DNA of 64,000 nt, from IMG/VR virus record IMGVR_UViG_3300013121_000005, positions 64,001 through 128,000 of that record. One strand, given 5' to 3'. A model generated the notes under the pieces. That model was not told the DNA's origin, did not search any database, and saw only the letters and a list, made by a program, of their open reading frames with translations. The stretch comes from a virus. Taxonomy: Duplodnaviria; Caudoviricetes. The first letter of the stretch is position 1; each line of letters opens with the position of its first letter. Positions 18,720 to 27,020 of this stretch are shown one piece after another. Both the position numbers and the translations under genes were made by a program.

Positions 18720-19775
18720 ATGGGGCTTGTTTACCTAGACTCAATTGCACTTCGAGTGGCGGCTCGGTACAAGTCCAAGAAGACTTTGGAGTCTGGGACG
18801 GTTGTGTACGAGTATGGTCCTCGCCAGATAGCAAATCGCAATCGCCAGAAGGCGGAGCGGGTTGAGAAGCTTCGGCAGTCTATCAACAAGCTCCGAAAGA
18901 AGGTCATGTCTGACCTCAAGAGTGATGACCTGAAGACCAAGCTGACAGCTTTGGCTGTGGCCCTCATCGACCACACTTACGAGCGCGTTGGGAACGAGGA
19001 CTCGGCTGAGGGGGGTCATTTTGGAGTCACGGGCTGGCAACGTCAGCATGTGACCTTTGGGAAGGGTACCGCGACGATCAAGTACGTTGGGAAGTCTGGT
19101 GTCAAGCATGAGAAGAAGATCAAGGACGGCACCATCCTCTCGGCTCTTCGTTCGGCTTACGACGCTGTTGAGGAGAACGAGAGCAGCATCTTCGCCCACA
19201 AGGACGCAACCGTGTCCTCGAAGGAGGTCAACGAGTACCTCAAAGACTTCGACATTACGGCTAAGGACCTTCGCGGGTTTCATGCGAACCGTGAGATGCA
19301 AGAACGGCTGAAGGGTATCCGGAGCAAGGGCCCCGAGCTTCCTCGGGAGCGCAAGGCAAAGGACAAGATTCTCAAGTCCGAGTTCAAGAAGGCTCTTGAG
19401 GGGACTGCTGAAGCGGTCGGACATGAAGCTTCAACTCTACGGAGCCAGTACCTCGTCCCTTCTCTGGAGGAAGCCTACCTACACGACGGCTCTGTTATCG
19501 AGAAGTTGAACGAGAAGGTGGCTATGGAGTGCAGCCCAGACCCGCCTTTGTTGTTCGCAGATCGGATCATCCGTCAACTTGTGGACCATATGTTAGGGGC
19601 TGATCTCATTGTCGAAGAGAACGACTTCCAAGTCATTCGTTCCGTTTTTCGGAGTTGTAGTGGAAGTTGGGAGAAGATTCTGAGTGGGGATCCCGTTCAC
19701 AATGAGTTGCTGAAAACGGTGGTTACTTCTTGGGGTCAGATGCCTGGGCGCAAGAAGGACATGGAGCGCGTCTGA
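18720..19775 (+). CDS. DNA topoisomerase IB (poxvirus/bacterial type)
   Basis: ERVGNE, YVGKSG, TAKDLRGFHA, VGHEASTLRSQY catalytic motifs. Confidence 0.9.
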   Translation: MGLVYLDSIALRVAARYKSKKTLESGTVVYEYGPRQIANRNRQKAERVEKLRQSINKLRKKVMSDLKSDDLKTKLTALAVALIDHTYERVGNEDSAEGGHFGVTGWQRQHVTFGKGTATIKYVGKSGVKHEKKIKDGTILSALRSAYDAVEENESSIFAHKDATVSSKEVNEYLKDFDITAKDLRGFHANREMQERLKGIRSKGPELPRERKAKDKILKSEFKKALEGTAEAVGHEASTLRSQYLVPSLEEAYLHDGSVIEKLNEKVAMECSPDPPLLFADRIIRQLVDHMLGADLIVEENDFQVIRSVFRSCSGSWEKILSGDPVHNELLKTVVTSWGQMPGRKKDMERV

Positions 19776-20293
19776 TGGAACTGCCCCGGTCTAGAGATTG
19801 TATCGCCTTGATGAAAGGTGATGCCTACCCGGTTACGGTTTCGACCGCTATGGCTGTTGGCGGGTGGCAGGGGGGTCAAGGAGTTCAATGGGTATCGTCC
19901 TCTAAGGATGAATTCCTGGTGACCTACTCGGATGGGTATTACGCCGGGTTCATGCTCTGGGGGTCAAATGAGGAGGGGGACAAGCACACGGCGATGTCGG
20001 GGAACCAATCATTCTACCGATTTGCCACATGTGGTGCGGGGGGCTGGCAAATCTCAACTCGAAGCTATGAGAAGTACACTTACGCCTCTAGGATTGGAGG
20101 TGGGCCCCTTGTCCCCATTACCTACAATGCGAGTGACCGACTTGTTTTTAGTTTGAGGGGTTACTGGACGGTCCAGGATGAGTGGACCCTTTCGGGAGAC
20201 CCTCGGGGGGCTAACACCTATTACATAGGGTTTGTGTCTCAGGTTCCAAGTGCGGTGAACAACTTTTACTTAGGCATTCAGGTAAGCATCTAG
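19775..20293 (+). CDS. decoration-protein-like paralogue 1
   Basis: PRSRDC..KGD, GGWQGGQGVQW and YTYASR motifs shared with 20734 and 21269. Confidence 0.7.
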   Translation: MELPRSRDCIALMKGDAYPVTVSTAMAVGGWQGGQGVQWVSSSKDEFLVTYSDGYYAGFMLWGSNEEGDKHTAMSGNQSFYRFATCGAGGWQISTRSYEKYTYASRIGGGPLVPITYNASDRLVFSLRGYWTVQDEWTLSGDPRGANTYYIGFVSQVPSAVNNFYLGIQVSI

Positions 20294-20308
20294 GAAGGAG
20301 CTAGTCTC

Positions 20309-20629
20309 ATGGAAGAACGTTGGAAGGTTTCATCAGTAGATGAGCTGTCTGTGTTTGTCACAGATGCTAAAAACCTAAGTAAGAAGTATATTGAAGATAG
20401 TGTACGTATGGTTGACCAGTACCTTGCAACGGTAAAGCCAATTTTGGCTAGATTAGGTGCTATGCCAGAACGTGCTTTGGGAGGTGAAAAAGCTACGCTT
20501 GAGGCGATAATGAGGTCTGCACAAGAGATGAAGGTCCTTTTCAACTACGAAGCTAATAGCATCTCATTTACCTACCTAGTCAGGGTTGAAGAGACTGCAC
20601 GTAGGCTGTTACAGAAAGCAAGGCGTTAG
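20309..20629 (+). CDS. hypothetical helical protein (possible moron)
   Basis: AGGAG RBS; more A/T-rich codons; interrupts the paralogue triplet. Confidence 0.65.
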   Translation: MEERWKVSSVDELSVFVTDAKNLSKKYIEDSVRMVDQYLATVKPILARLGAMPERALGGEKATLEAIMRSAQEMKVLFNYEANSISFTYLVRVEETARRLLQKARR

Positions 20630-20637
20630 CCACGATC

Positions 20638-20684
20638 GTGAAGCTGGCGTAGGCTGCCTCGACGGCGGCCTACGCCAGCTTCAC
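20638..20684. repeat. inverted repeat / 21-bp hairpin
   Basis: GTGAAGCTGGCGTAGGC-T-GCC-TCGAC-GGC-G-GCCTACGCCAGCTTCAC; 17-bp perfect arms. Confidence 0.85.
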
Positions 20685-20733
20685 AACTATTTCATGATGG
20701 AGGTTGAAGGAACGGTAGGGCATAGGTAACCAG

Positions 20734-21258
20734 ATGAATATGCAAAGCTTCCCACGTAATCGAGATTGTGTGGTCCTTTTCAAAGGGGATGCCTATGCAG
20801 TTGCAGTGTCTTCCCAAATGCGTGCTCAGGGGTGGCAGGGAGGGCAAGGCGTAAGATGGGACTCAAGTAGTCGAGACGAGTTCCAGGTTACGTTCTCTGA
20901 TGGCCTCTATGGGGGCTTTTTGCTTTGGGGCTCTAGTGAAGATTCGGATCAGTTTGTTTCTCTGACAGGTGCGCAACCCTTGTATGGGTTTGGCCTCCTT
21001 TGCACAGGCGGGTGGTTGATTTCCACTCGAACCTTTGAGCGGTACACCTATGCTTCGAGGATTGCTGGCGGTCCTTTGGTTGCATTGAACTATCTGGTTG
21101 GGGAAAGAGTTCGGTTTTCCCTTCGTGGGTGGTTTACGAAGGAGGACGAGTGGACTCTTTCGGCGGACCCTCGGGGGGCTAACGGTTACTTCGTTGGTAG
21201 TGTTGTCCAATCTCCGTCTGTTGCTGCTAACTACCTGACCTTGCAGACATCTATATGA
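20734..21258 (+). CDS. decoration-protein-like paralogue 2
   Basis: Same motifs as 19775 and 21269. Confidence 0.7.
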   Translation: MNMQSFPRNRDCVVLFKGDAYAVAVSSQMRAQGWQGGQGVRWDSSSRDEFQVTFSDGLYGGFLLWGSSEDSDQFVSLTGAQPLYGFGLLCTGGWLISTRTFERYTYASRIAGGPLVALNYLVGERVRFSLRGWFTKEDEWTLSADPRGANGYFVGSVVQSPSVAANYLTLQTSI

Positions 21259-21268
21259 GGTTTGTTTG

Positions 21269-21787
21269 ATGCCTGAGATCATCCGTTCTCGTGACTGCGA
21301 GGTCTACTTTAAAGGTGACACTCAAACGGTTGCTGTTGATGCAGCGATGGTTGCTGGGGGTTGGCCTGGCGGGCAGGGGGTGCAGTGGGCTACCTCTACT
21401 CTGGATGAGAGGGTGGTGACCTATTCCAATGGCCTTTATGGGGGCTTTTTGGTTTGGGGTTCTGATGAGGACGGGGACAAGTTCACATCAATTACACGGC
21501 AGCAGCCTCAGTATCGCTATGCCACCCTGTTTTCTGGGGGCTGTCTGATTTCAACTAGCAGTTACGAAAGGTATACCTATGCCTCTCGGGTTGGCCCTGG
21601 ACCTCTTGTGCCCCTAGTTTACCAAGCCCAGGACATACTTTACTTATCTCTTCGTGGCTTGTGGACCAAGCAAGATGAGATGTCTCTTTCTGGGCACCCT
21701 CTTGCTCCAGCTTTTTTCACAGGCTTTGTGGCCCAAGTACCTAAGGCGAGTAATCGATTCTTCTTGGGAATTCAGACTTCGATGTGA
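21269..21787 (+). CDS. decoration-protein-like paralogue 3
   Basis: Same motifs as 19775 and 20734. Confidence 0.7.
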   Translation: MPEIIRSRDCEVYFKGDTQTVAVDAAMVAGGWPGGQGVQWATSTLDERVVTYSNGLYGGFLVWGSDEDGDKFTSITRQQPQYRYATLFSGGCLISTSSYERYTYASRVGPGPLVPLVYQAQDILYLSLRGLWTKQDEMSLSGHPLAPAFFTGFVAQVPKASNRFFLGIQTSM

Positions 21788-22260
21788 AGTGGGGTCCAAT
21801 GCCTTCTAATCAGCAGCTCGAAGAAAGTCAGATGGAGGTTGGGGGTCAGACTCCTGAGGAGTTGTGCGTTGAAGCTCGCCGACTAAGGGGGGTCATTGCT
21901 TCAGCAGCCGAGCAGCTTCACCATCTCTACTCCTTGCTATACCATCAGGCCCGCAGAAGCAAAGCTACCGAAACCACCTACGCTTACATCAATGTGGCTA
22001 ACTCTGGTCGTCGTCTTGCAGGGGCTGTACTTCAAGGCATTCGACGGGCGTCGGCATTTGATCGTGCACTAGAGGTTGCTAGGCAGGAAACTCAAGATCG
22101 GGAGTCTCGTGAGGAGAAGGCATCTCGTGAGGCTGCCCGTGGTAAACGAGACCTTTCTGGGTCTAAGGGTGCGACGATTCGACAGATGCTTCAAGACACT
22201 CAGGATGATGCTGCTTTGTCAAATGACCTTGATAGCCTCTTCGGACAGGAGGAGGGCTGA
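21784..22260 (+). CDS. hypothetical helical protein
   Basis: Tiles the operon; TGATG overlap with the portal gene. Confidence 0.65.
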   Translation: MKWGPMPSNQQLEESQMEVGGQTPEELCVEARRLRGVIASAAEQLHHLYSLLYHQARRSKATETTYAYINVANSGRRLAGAVLQGIRRASAFDRALEVARQETQDRESREEKASREAARGKRDLSGSKGATIRQMLQDTQDDAALSNDLDSLFGQEEG

Positions 22261-24050
22261 TGTCATCGGATCGGTACACGAATGTTCGTAGGGGGGTGTC
22301 TGGGGCCTCTCAGCTTCAACAGGGCCCTCGTTATCACGCTCCCTATACGTCTAAGGGGGGTTTCTCAACTTTGACCGAGAAAGAGAAACTGGCTCGCAAA
22401 ATCACGAAGACTGCGGTTAGTGGTAGTGTCTCTGGCACGAATACGGCGATGTCTGGGACGAGTTCATTCTTCTCGCCTCAGCTTTCTACTGACTTCTTGG
22501 AGTTGCCTCAGAGCCTACGTGAAAAACGAGAGGTTTTCAGGCACTTTTACAACACGGACCCGATTGTAGGTCAAGCTATTGACCTACATACAGAATTACC
22601 CCTCTCCAAGATTCGTCTGGCGAAGCCAAAGCCTCGAACGTGCCCGGAAGCCTTTAAGAGTCCTGAGGATTACGGCAGGTACATTCTCAGCTTCTTCCAA
22701 AGGATGACTAAGCGGGTGAAGTTGTTTCAACGCTTGATCACTGCCGCACATCACTACTACTTGGATGGCAACGTTTTCATTTTCGCTGAGGATGGGGTTG
22801 TCGATGTGCCTCGTGAGATTGGGCATGAGGTAACTAAAAAAGTATCGCGGACATTGGAGGAAGATGGGACGGGTCGTGAGGAGGTAGAAGAGAACGTTTC
22901 CGAGCTTCCCGACCGGGAAGACCGTGAATTGGCTTACTACCAGAAGCATTACAAGGGCTGGGATAAGCTTATCATCTTGCCCATTGATCAAGTAAAGCTC
23001 ACTAGCTTTAGCTTTGTGGATAAGTTTACCATAGACTTGATCCCTTCAGATCGGGATAGGGCGCTCATCGAGCGAGCTAAAGCTGGGGATGAGATTTCTG
23101 CCAAGATAGTTGATGAGATCCCACCGGAGGTAAGGGACTTCATTGAGTCTGGTAAGTTGATTCCTCTTGGTACGGATCCTGATGAGGGTTCATTTTGCTT
23201 TCACCTGAAAGCACGAGCTGGGGCTGGAGAGGAGCTTGGCGCAAGTCTCTTAGAGCGTTGTCTTAGAACCCTTTACTATCGTGAGAAGCTTCGTCAGGCT
23301 CAGACCCTTATTGCGTCTCGTGCAATGACTCCCAAGCGACTTGTCTGGGGTGAAAACCTTTCGGACACAGATACCGACGACCTTCGTGAGCAGGTGGACC
23401 TTGCTCTTGTCGACCCAGACTACTCGATCGTCACGAACTACGAGGTCCACTGGGAGGAAATTGGAGCCCGGGATAGGCTTCTTGACTTGTCGGGTGAGTA
23501 TGAGATCACGGATAAGCAACTCTATGCTGGTCTTGGGGTGACAGAGAGCCTTCTCAACGGGGAGAGTTCCTTTTCTGGTGACCGTGTGAAGTTGGAGGTT
23601 CTCAACACAAGGTACCTCCTCTTTCGCGAGGTCATCCAGGAGTACGTTGAAGAGTACCTTTTCAAGCCGGTTGCTAAACGGAAGGGTTTCGTAGAGACCG
23701 ATGAATGGGGGGATGAGGTGGTGCTTTTCCCTCGTCTTTCGTTCACTCGGCTCGCTCTCCGCGACAGTCAGGATACGTACGACGCTCTCTTCAATTTGTA
23801 TCAGAAGGGGAGTGTCAATATCGATCTCATTCTGGAGATGTTCAATATTGATCCGGAGGACACCAAAGAGAAGATTGAGCGAGACATGTTCACGGTTAAT
23901 GACGCCGTGTTCAATGAGGTTCTACGTGGGGTCTATGGCGAAGTCGGTAGGCTACTAGCTGAGAAGACCGACATTGTGGACCGAATCGCTCAATACTTGG
24001 GGCTCCAGACCAAGGCTGAACCGGCTGCGGAAGAGCCGGGTCGGTTCTGA
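22260..24050 (+). CDS. portal protein
   Basis: RHFYNTDPIVGQAIDLH, YYLDGNVFI, GASLLERC, LYAGLGV..LL.G motifs; ~600 aa; lies between TerL and protease. Confidence 0.85.
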   Translation: MSSDRYTNVRRGVSGASQLQQGPRYHAPYTSKGGFSTLTEKEKLARKITKTAVSGSVSGTNTAMSGTSSFFSPQLSTDFLELPQSLREKREVFRHFYNTDPIVGQAIDLHTELPLSKIRLAKPKPRTCPEAFKSPEDYGRYILSFFQRMTKRVKLFQRLITAAHHYYLDGNVFIFAEDGVVDVPREIGHEVTKKVSRTLEEDGTGREEVEENVSELPDREDRELAYYQKHYKGWDKLIILPIDQVKLTSFSFVDKFTIDLIPSDRDRALIERAKAGDEISAKIVDEIPPEVRDFIESGKLIPLGTDPDEGSFCFHLKARAGAGEELGASLLERCLRTLYYREKLRQAQTLIASRAMTPKRLVWGENLSDTDTDDLREQVDLALVDPDYSIVTNYEVHWEEIGARDRLLDLSGEYEITDKQLYAGLGVTESLLNGESSFSGDRVKLEVLNTRYLLFREVIQEYVEEYLFKPVAKRKGFVETDEWGDEVVLFPRLSFTRLALRDSQDTYDALFNLYQKGSVNIDLILEMFNIDPEDTKEKIERDMFTVNDAVFNEVLRGVYGEVGRLLAEKTDIVDRIAQYLGLQTKAEPAAEEPGRF

Positions 24051-24080
24051 TAGTCATCTTGTTTGGTCGAGTGATCGACG

Positions 24081-26969
24081 ATGGATGTCTTAGCTACAAA
24101 AACCTTTGGGGAAGTTGAGGATGAAGAGGCAGAGCGTCTTGTACGCCCACTTCCTAAAAAGAAGCCTCCTCGTAGGGATCGTCGTCGTGAGGAGATGCAA
24201 ACGGAACGAGATCCTGATGTAGAGGGGGATTCGGATCTCAAAGGGGACCCAGACCTGTCCTTGAATTACAAGTCGGTTGGGGGTTCTATGCCCCGTCGAG
24301 TAGCTCGTAGATTCTTAGGGCAAGAGGACAGGACGATTTCAGTCCGTCGTCGAGACACGGGTCGAGTTGTTCAGGTTTCTGAGGAGACGCTCAAGGAAGA
24401 GGGTAGTAAGTACGAGAAGCTGGAAGAAGAGGAGAGGGGGGAGGGGGGCTCTAAGGGGGATGCTCTCAGGGACTTGGCCAAAGACAAGCCTCAACTCCAG
24501 TCGGTCTTGAAGGACTTGATGAACCCAAGGTCAGACCTTGGGGGTTTGGCGGAGGGAAATCCTAACCTACCTGCTTCTACAGTCGTCAAAGGGGTACCTC
24601 TTCCCGAAGGGATCAAAACTCTTGGGGACCTAGTGAAGGCTTTGCGAGCAAAGCCTTCCAAGCCAAAGCCAAAGTCTAAGACCCCCTCTGCTCCTACGCC
24701 TCCTCAGGCTCCCTCTGAGGCTCCTACGCCTCCTCAGGCTCCCTCTGAGGCTCCTACGCCTCCTCAGGCTCCCTCTGAGGCTCCTCAGGCTCCCTCTGAG
24801 GCTCCTCAGGCTCCCTCTGAGGCTCCTCAGGCTCCCTCTGAGGCTCCTACGCCCCCTCAGGCCCCCTCGCCCGAGGGGAAGAAGCCAAAGTCTAAGCCCA
24901 AGCCTGAGCCTGAGGAGAAGCCTGAGGAGAAGCCTAAGTCTGCGGTGGACTTCCCACCTCCACAACGTAAGCCGCCAACAGAGCAAGAGATTCTGGAGGC
25001 AATGGATTTGGTCCATAGCACGAACCTCCCTCCTGGGATTCGGGCTAAATTGCTGGTCCTACACCCAGCCGACGTGAAGGAGGTCCTTGCTAGCTACAAT
25101 GGCTTCAATTCCTTGGAGGACCCTAAGGATTTCAAGGAAGAGCTTGAGGCTGCCGGGAGGAACTTTACCTTGGACCCCAGCAAGGTCACTTCTTTGCCTA
25201 CAAAGGTGACAAATGCGAAGGGGGAGAAAAAGCCTTTCGAGAGTTTGTCAGAGACGGAACAAGCGCAGGCTGTACAGGCACATCGGAATGCGGTTGTAGC
25301 TGCAAGCTTAGCCTCACAGATGCGCGTAGTTCGTTCAATGGTTAGCTCGGGGATCCCCGAGTACCTAGCAGCTAAGCTCTCCTACTTTTCGCTGTCGACT
25401 GCAAACTACCCTCCGGAAGTGCGAGAGCGTAAAGCACACGAAGCGGCTCTGTCCACATTTACGGAGGCGGTTACCGGGTTTTCAGGTAAGGCGGAAGAAG
25501 AGGACGAAAGATTTGGGTCCTTTATCCAAAAGATACGGCGTAAGCTTTTCGGGGATGACGAGCGTAGGAAGTACTTGAAGGCTATTGAAAAGCTTGACCC
25601 TCATACGCAGATGGCTGCGGTGGCACACCTTCAGGGTGAAGACTATAGGTCAATTTCAAGTCGATTTCTGAATTCAGATTCGAGAGATAGAATCTCTGAG
25701 TTTGACTCTCCGCAGAAGATTAGCCGTAAGCTCTCATTGGCTTTGGATGCCTTTCGGAAAGCGAGTCGGCAGTACCCCTCTGAAGTTCGAGCCGCACTCC
25801 CAGACCCTTCAAGGGTTTTTCGGATCGTGGTGCGCCAGTCCTTGAGGGAGCTTGATCCTGAGAAGGCTAAGGCAGTCAGTAGGGTTATGCTTGAGGTTGA
25901 TGCTGACGCCTACGATAAGGCTATGATTGAGTACAAGGAGGAGGAAAAGCTCTTTCAGAAGGCTTACAAGGAGTACGAGCGGGAGTACCAGTTGTGGGAG
26001 AAAGCCAAGAAGAAGTACGAGGCTCAACAGTTGAAGGGTAGTCCTTATCGGGTTGTTACGGAGCCCTTTAATCAAAGCCCCCCAGAGCTTCCGTTGAGTC
26101 CAGAACTTCCGGTTAAGCCCATTGGGTATGAGACTGTCCGAAAGACATCCAAGAAGGATCGGGAAGAAATTCAAGACAAGCTTGACGAGCTTCGTGGAGG
26201 TAAGACCGCTTCTCTCTATTCTTCTTATGCCAGGCGAAAGCAGATGACGTCAGCTATTGCTCCTTATCCAAAGTGGCAACAGGCCCATCAACGGGACCTT
26301 GGGGCTAAAGATTTTGACGTGATCTTGAAGGCTGCCAAGGATTGGCTCAAGTCCCCTATGCTTTCTACCCATATTGAGGGGATGGTCCCTGATGCTAGGT
26401 TTCGAGCATCGCTTGATTTGGCTATCCAAACCTCTGAGGACGGGAAGTATGCGAATGCGCTAAGTCCAGTCCTCTACAATATGCTTCTTGCCAAGCTCTC
26501 GAATCAGCCTGAAGGTGAGACTCTTTTGACGGTGCGCAAGGCACAAAGTGAATTGAAACTAGGAACCGCTGAGGGAAATGCCATGACAATCAAGTTTGCT
26601 AAGGCTCATGCCAACAATATCCTGGCCCGTCTGGACAAGATTGCGGCAGAAATTCAGGACAAGTATGCCCAGTGGGGCATGGACTTTGATGATGCCAAGC
26701 GCATGGTGAATGACCTCGATCAGGCTGCTGACGCGATCGAGAAGGCAGCTTTTGGCGAGGAGTCGTTTAGGGCTCGACAGATTGAAGTTCTCAAGTCCGC
26801 AAAGGTTATCCAGCAAGATTCAGATGAAGGGTATATGGGGACATTCAATGCCCCCACAGCACCTCATCAGTCTGATTCGGATGAGGAGTACATGAGCCTT
26901 TACAAGGATGACCAGACGCAGGGTGTGCAGAGTGGCAAGTCGTCAACAGGCCGCCCCCTTGCTCCTTGA
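24081..26969 (+). CDS. large head-associated multi-segment protein
   Basis: 962-aa ORF with RVARRF and KTAS motifs and a Pro-rich linker; possible internal starts at 26244 and 26583. Confidence 0.75.
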   Translation: MDVLATKTFGEVEDEEAERLVRPLPKKKPPRRDRRREEMQTERDPDVEGDSDLKGDPDLSLNYKSVGGSMPRRVARRFLGQEDRTISVRRRDTGRVVQVSEETLKEEGSKYEKLEEEERGEGGSKGDALRDLAKDKPQLQSVLKDLMNPRSDLGGLAEGNPNLPASTVVKGVPLPEGIKTLGDLVKALRAKPSKPKPKSKTPSAPTPPQAPSEAPTPPQAPSEAPTPPQAPSEAPQAPSEAPQAPSEAPQAPSEAPTPPQAPSPEGKKPKSKPKPEPEEKPEEKPKSAVDFPPPQRKPPTEQEILEAMDLVHSTNLPPGIRAKLLVLHPADVKEVLASYNGFNSLEDPKDFKEELEAAGRNFTLDPSKVTSLPTKVTNAKGEKKPFESLSETEQAQAVQAHRNAVVAASLASQMRVVRSMVSSGIPEYLAAKLSYFSLSTANYPPEVRERKAHEAALSTFTEAVTGFSGKAEEEDERFGSFIQKIRRKLFGDDERRKYLKAIEKLDPHTQMAAVAHLQGEDYRSISSRFLNSDSRDRISEFDSPQKISRKLSLALDAFRKASRQYPSEVRAALPDPSRVFRIVVRQSLRELDPEKAKAVSRVMLEVDADAYDKAMIEYKEEEKLFQKAYKEYEREYQLWEKAKKKYEAQQLKGSPYRVVTEPFNQSPPELPLSPELPVKPIGYETVRKTSKKDREEIQDKLDELRGGKTASLYSSYARRKQMTSAIAPYPKWQQAHQRDLGAKDFDVILKAAKDWLKSPMLSTHIEGMVPDARFRASLDLAIQTSEDGKYANALSPVLYNMLLAKLSNQPEGETLLTVRKAQSELKLGTAEGNAMTIKFAKAHANNILARLDKIAAEIQDKYAQWGMDFDDAKRMVNDLDQAADAIEKAAFGEESFRARQIEVLKSAKVIQQDSDEGYMGTFNAPTAPHQSDSDEEYMSLYKDDQTQGVQSGKSSTGRPLAP
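24690..24863 (+). repeat. in-frame 30-nt (APTPPQAPSE x3) and 21-nt (APQAPSE x3) tandem repeats
   Basis: gctcctacgcctcctcaggctccctctgag x3, then gctcctcaggctccctctgag x3. Confidence 0.92.
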
Positions 26970-27020
26970 GTAGGGTGGCATTCTCCTTGAAGTAGCCTAA
27001 CTCTCGCGCGGGGTTTCACA

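Noticed and set aside
24690-24863. CRISPR-like array
   Set aside because: Units are contiguous with no unique spacers, are multiples of 3 and encode a Pro-rich linker; the same applies to 42490-42692 and 6800-6886.
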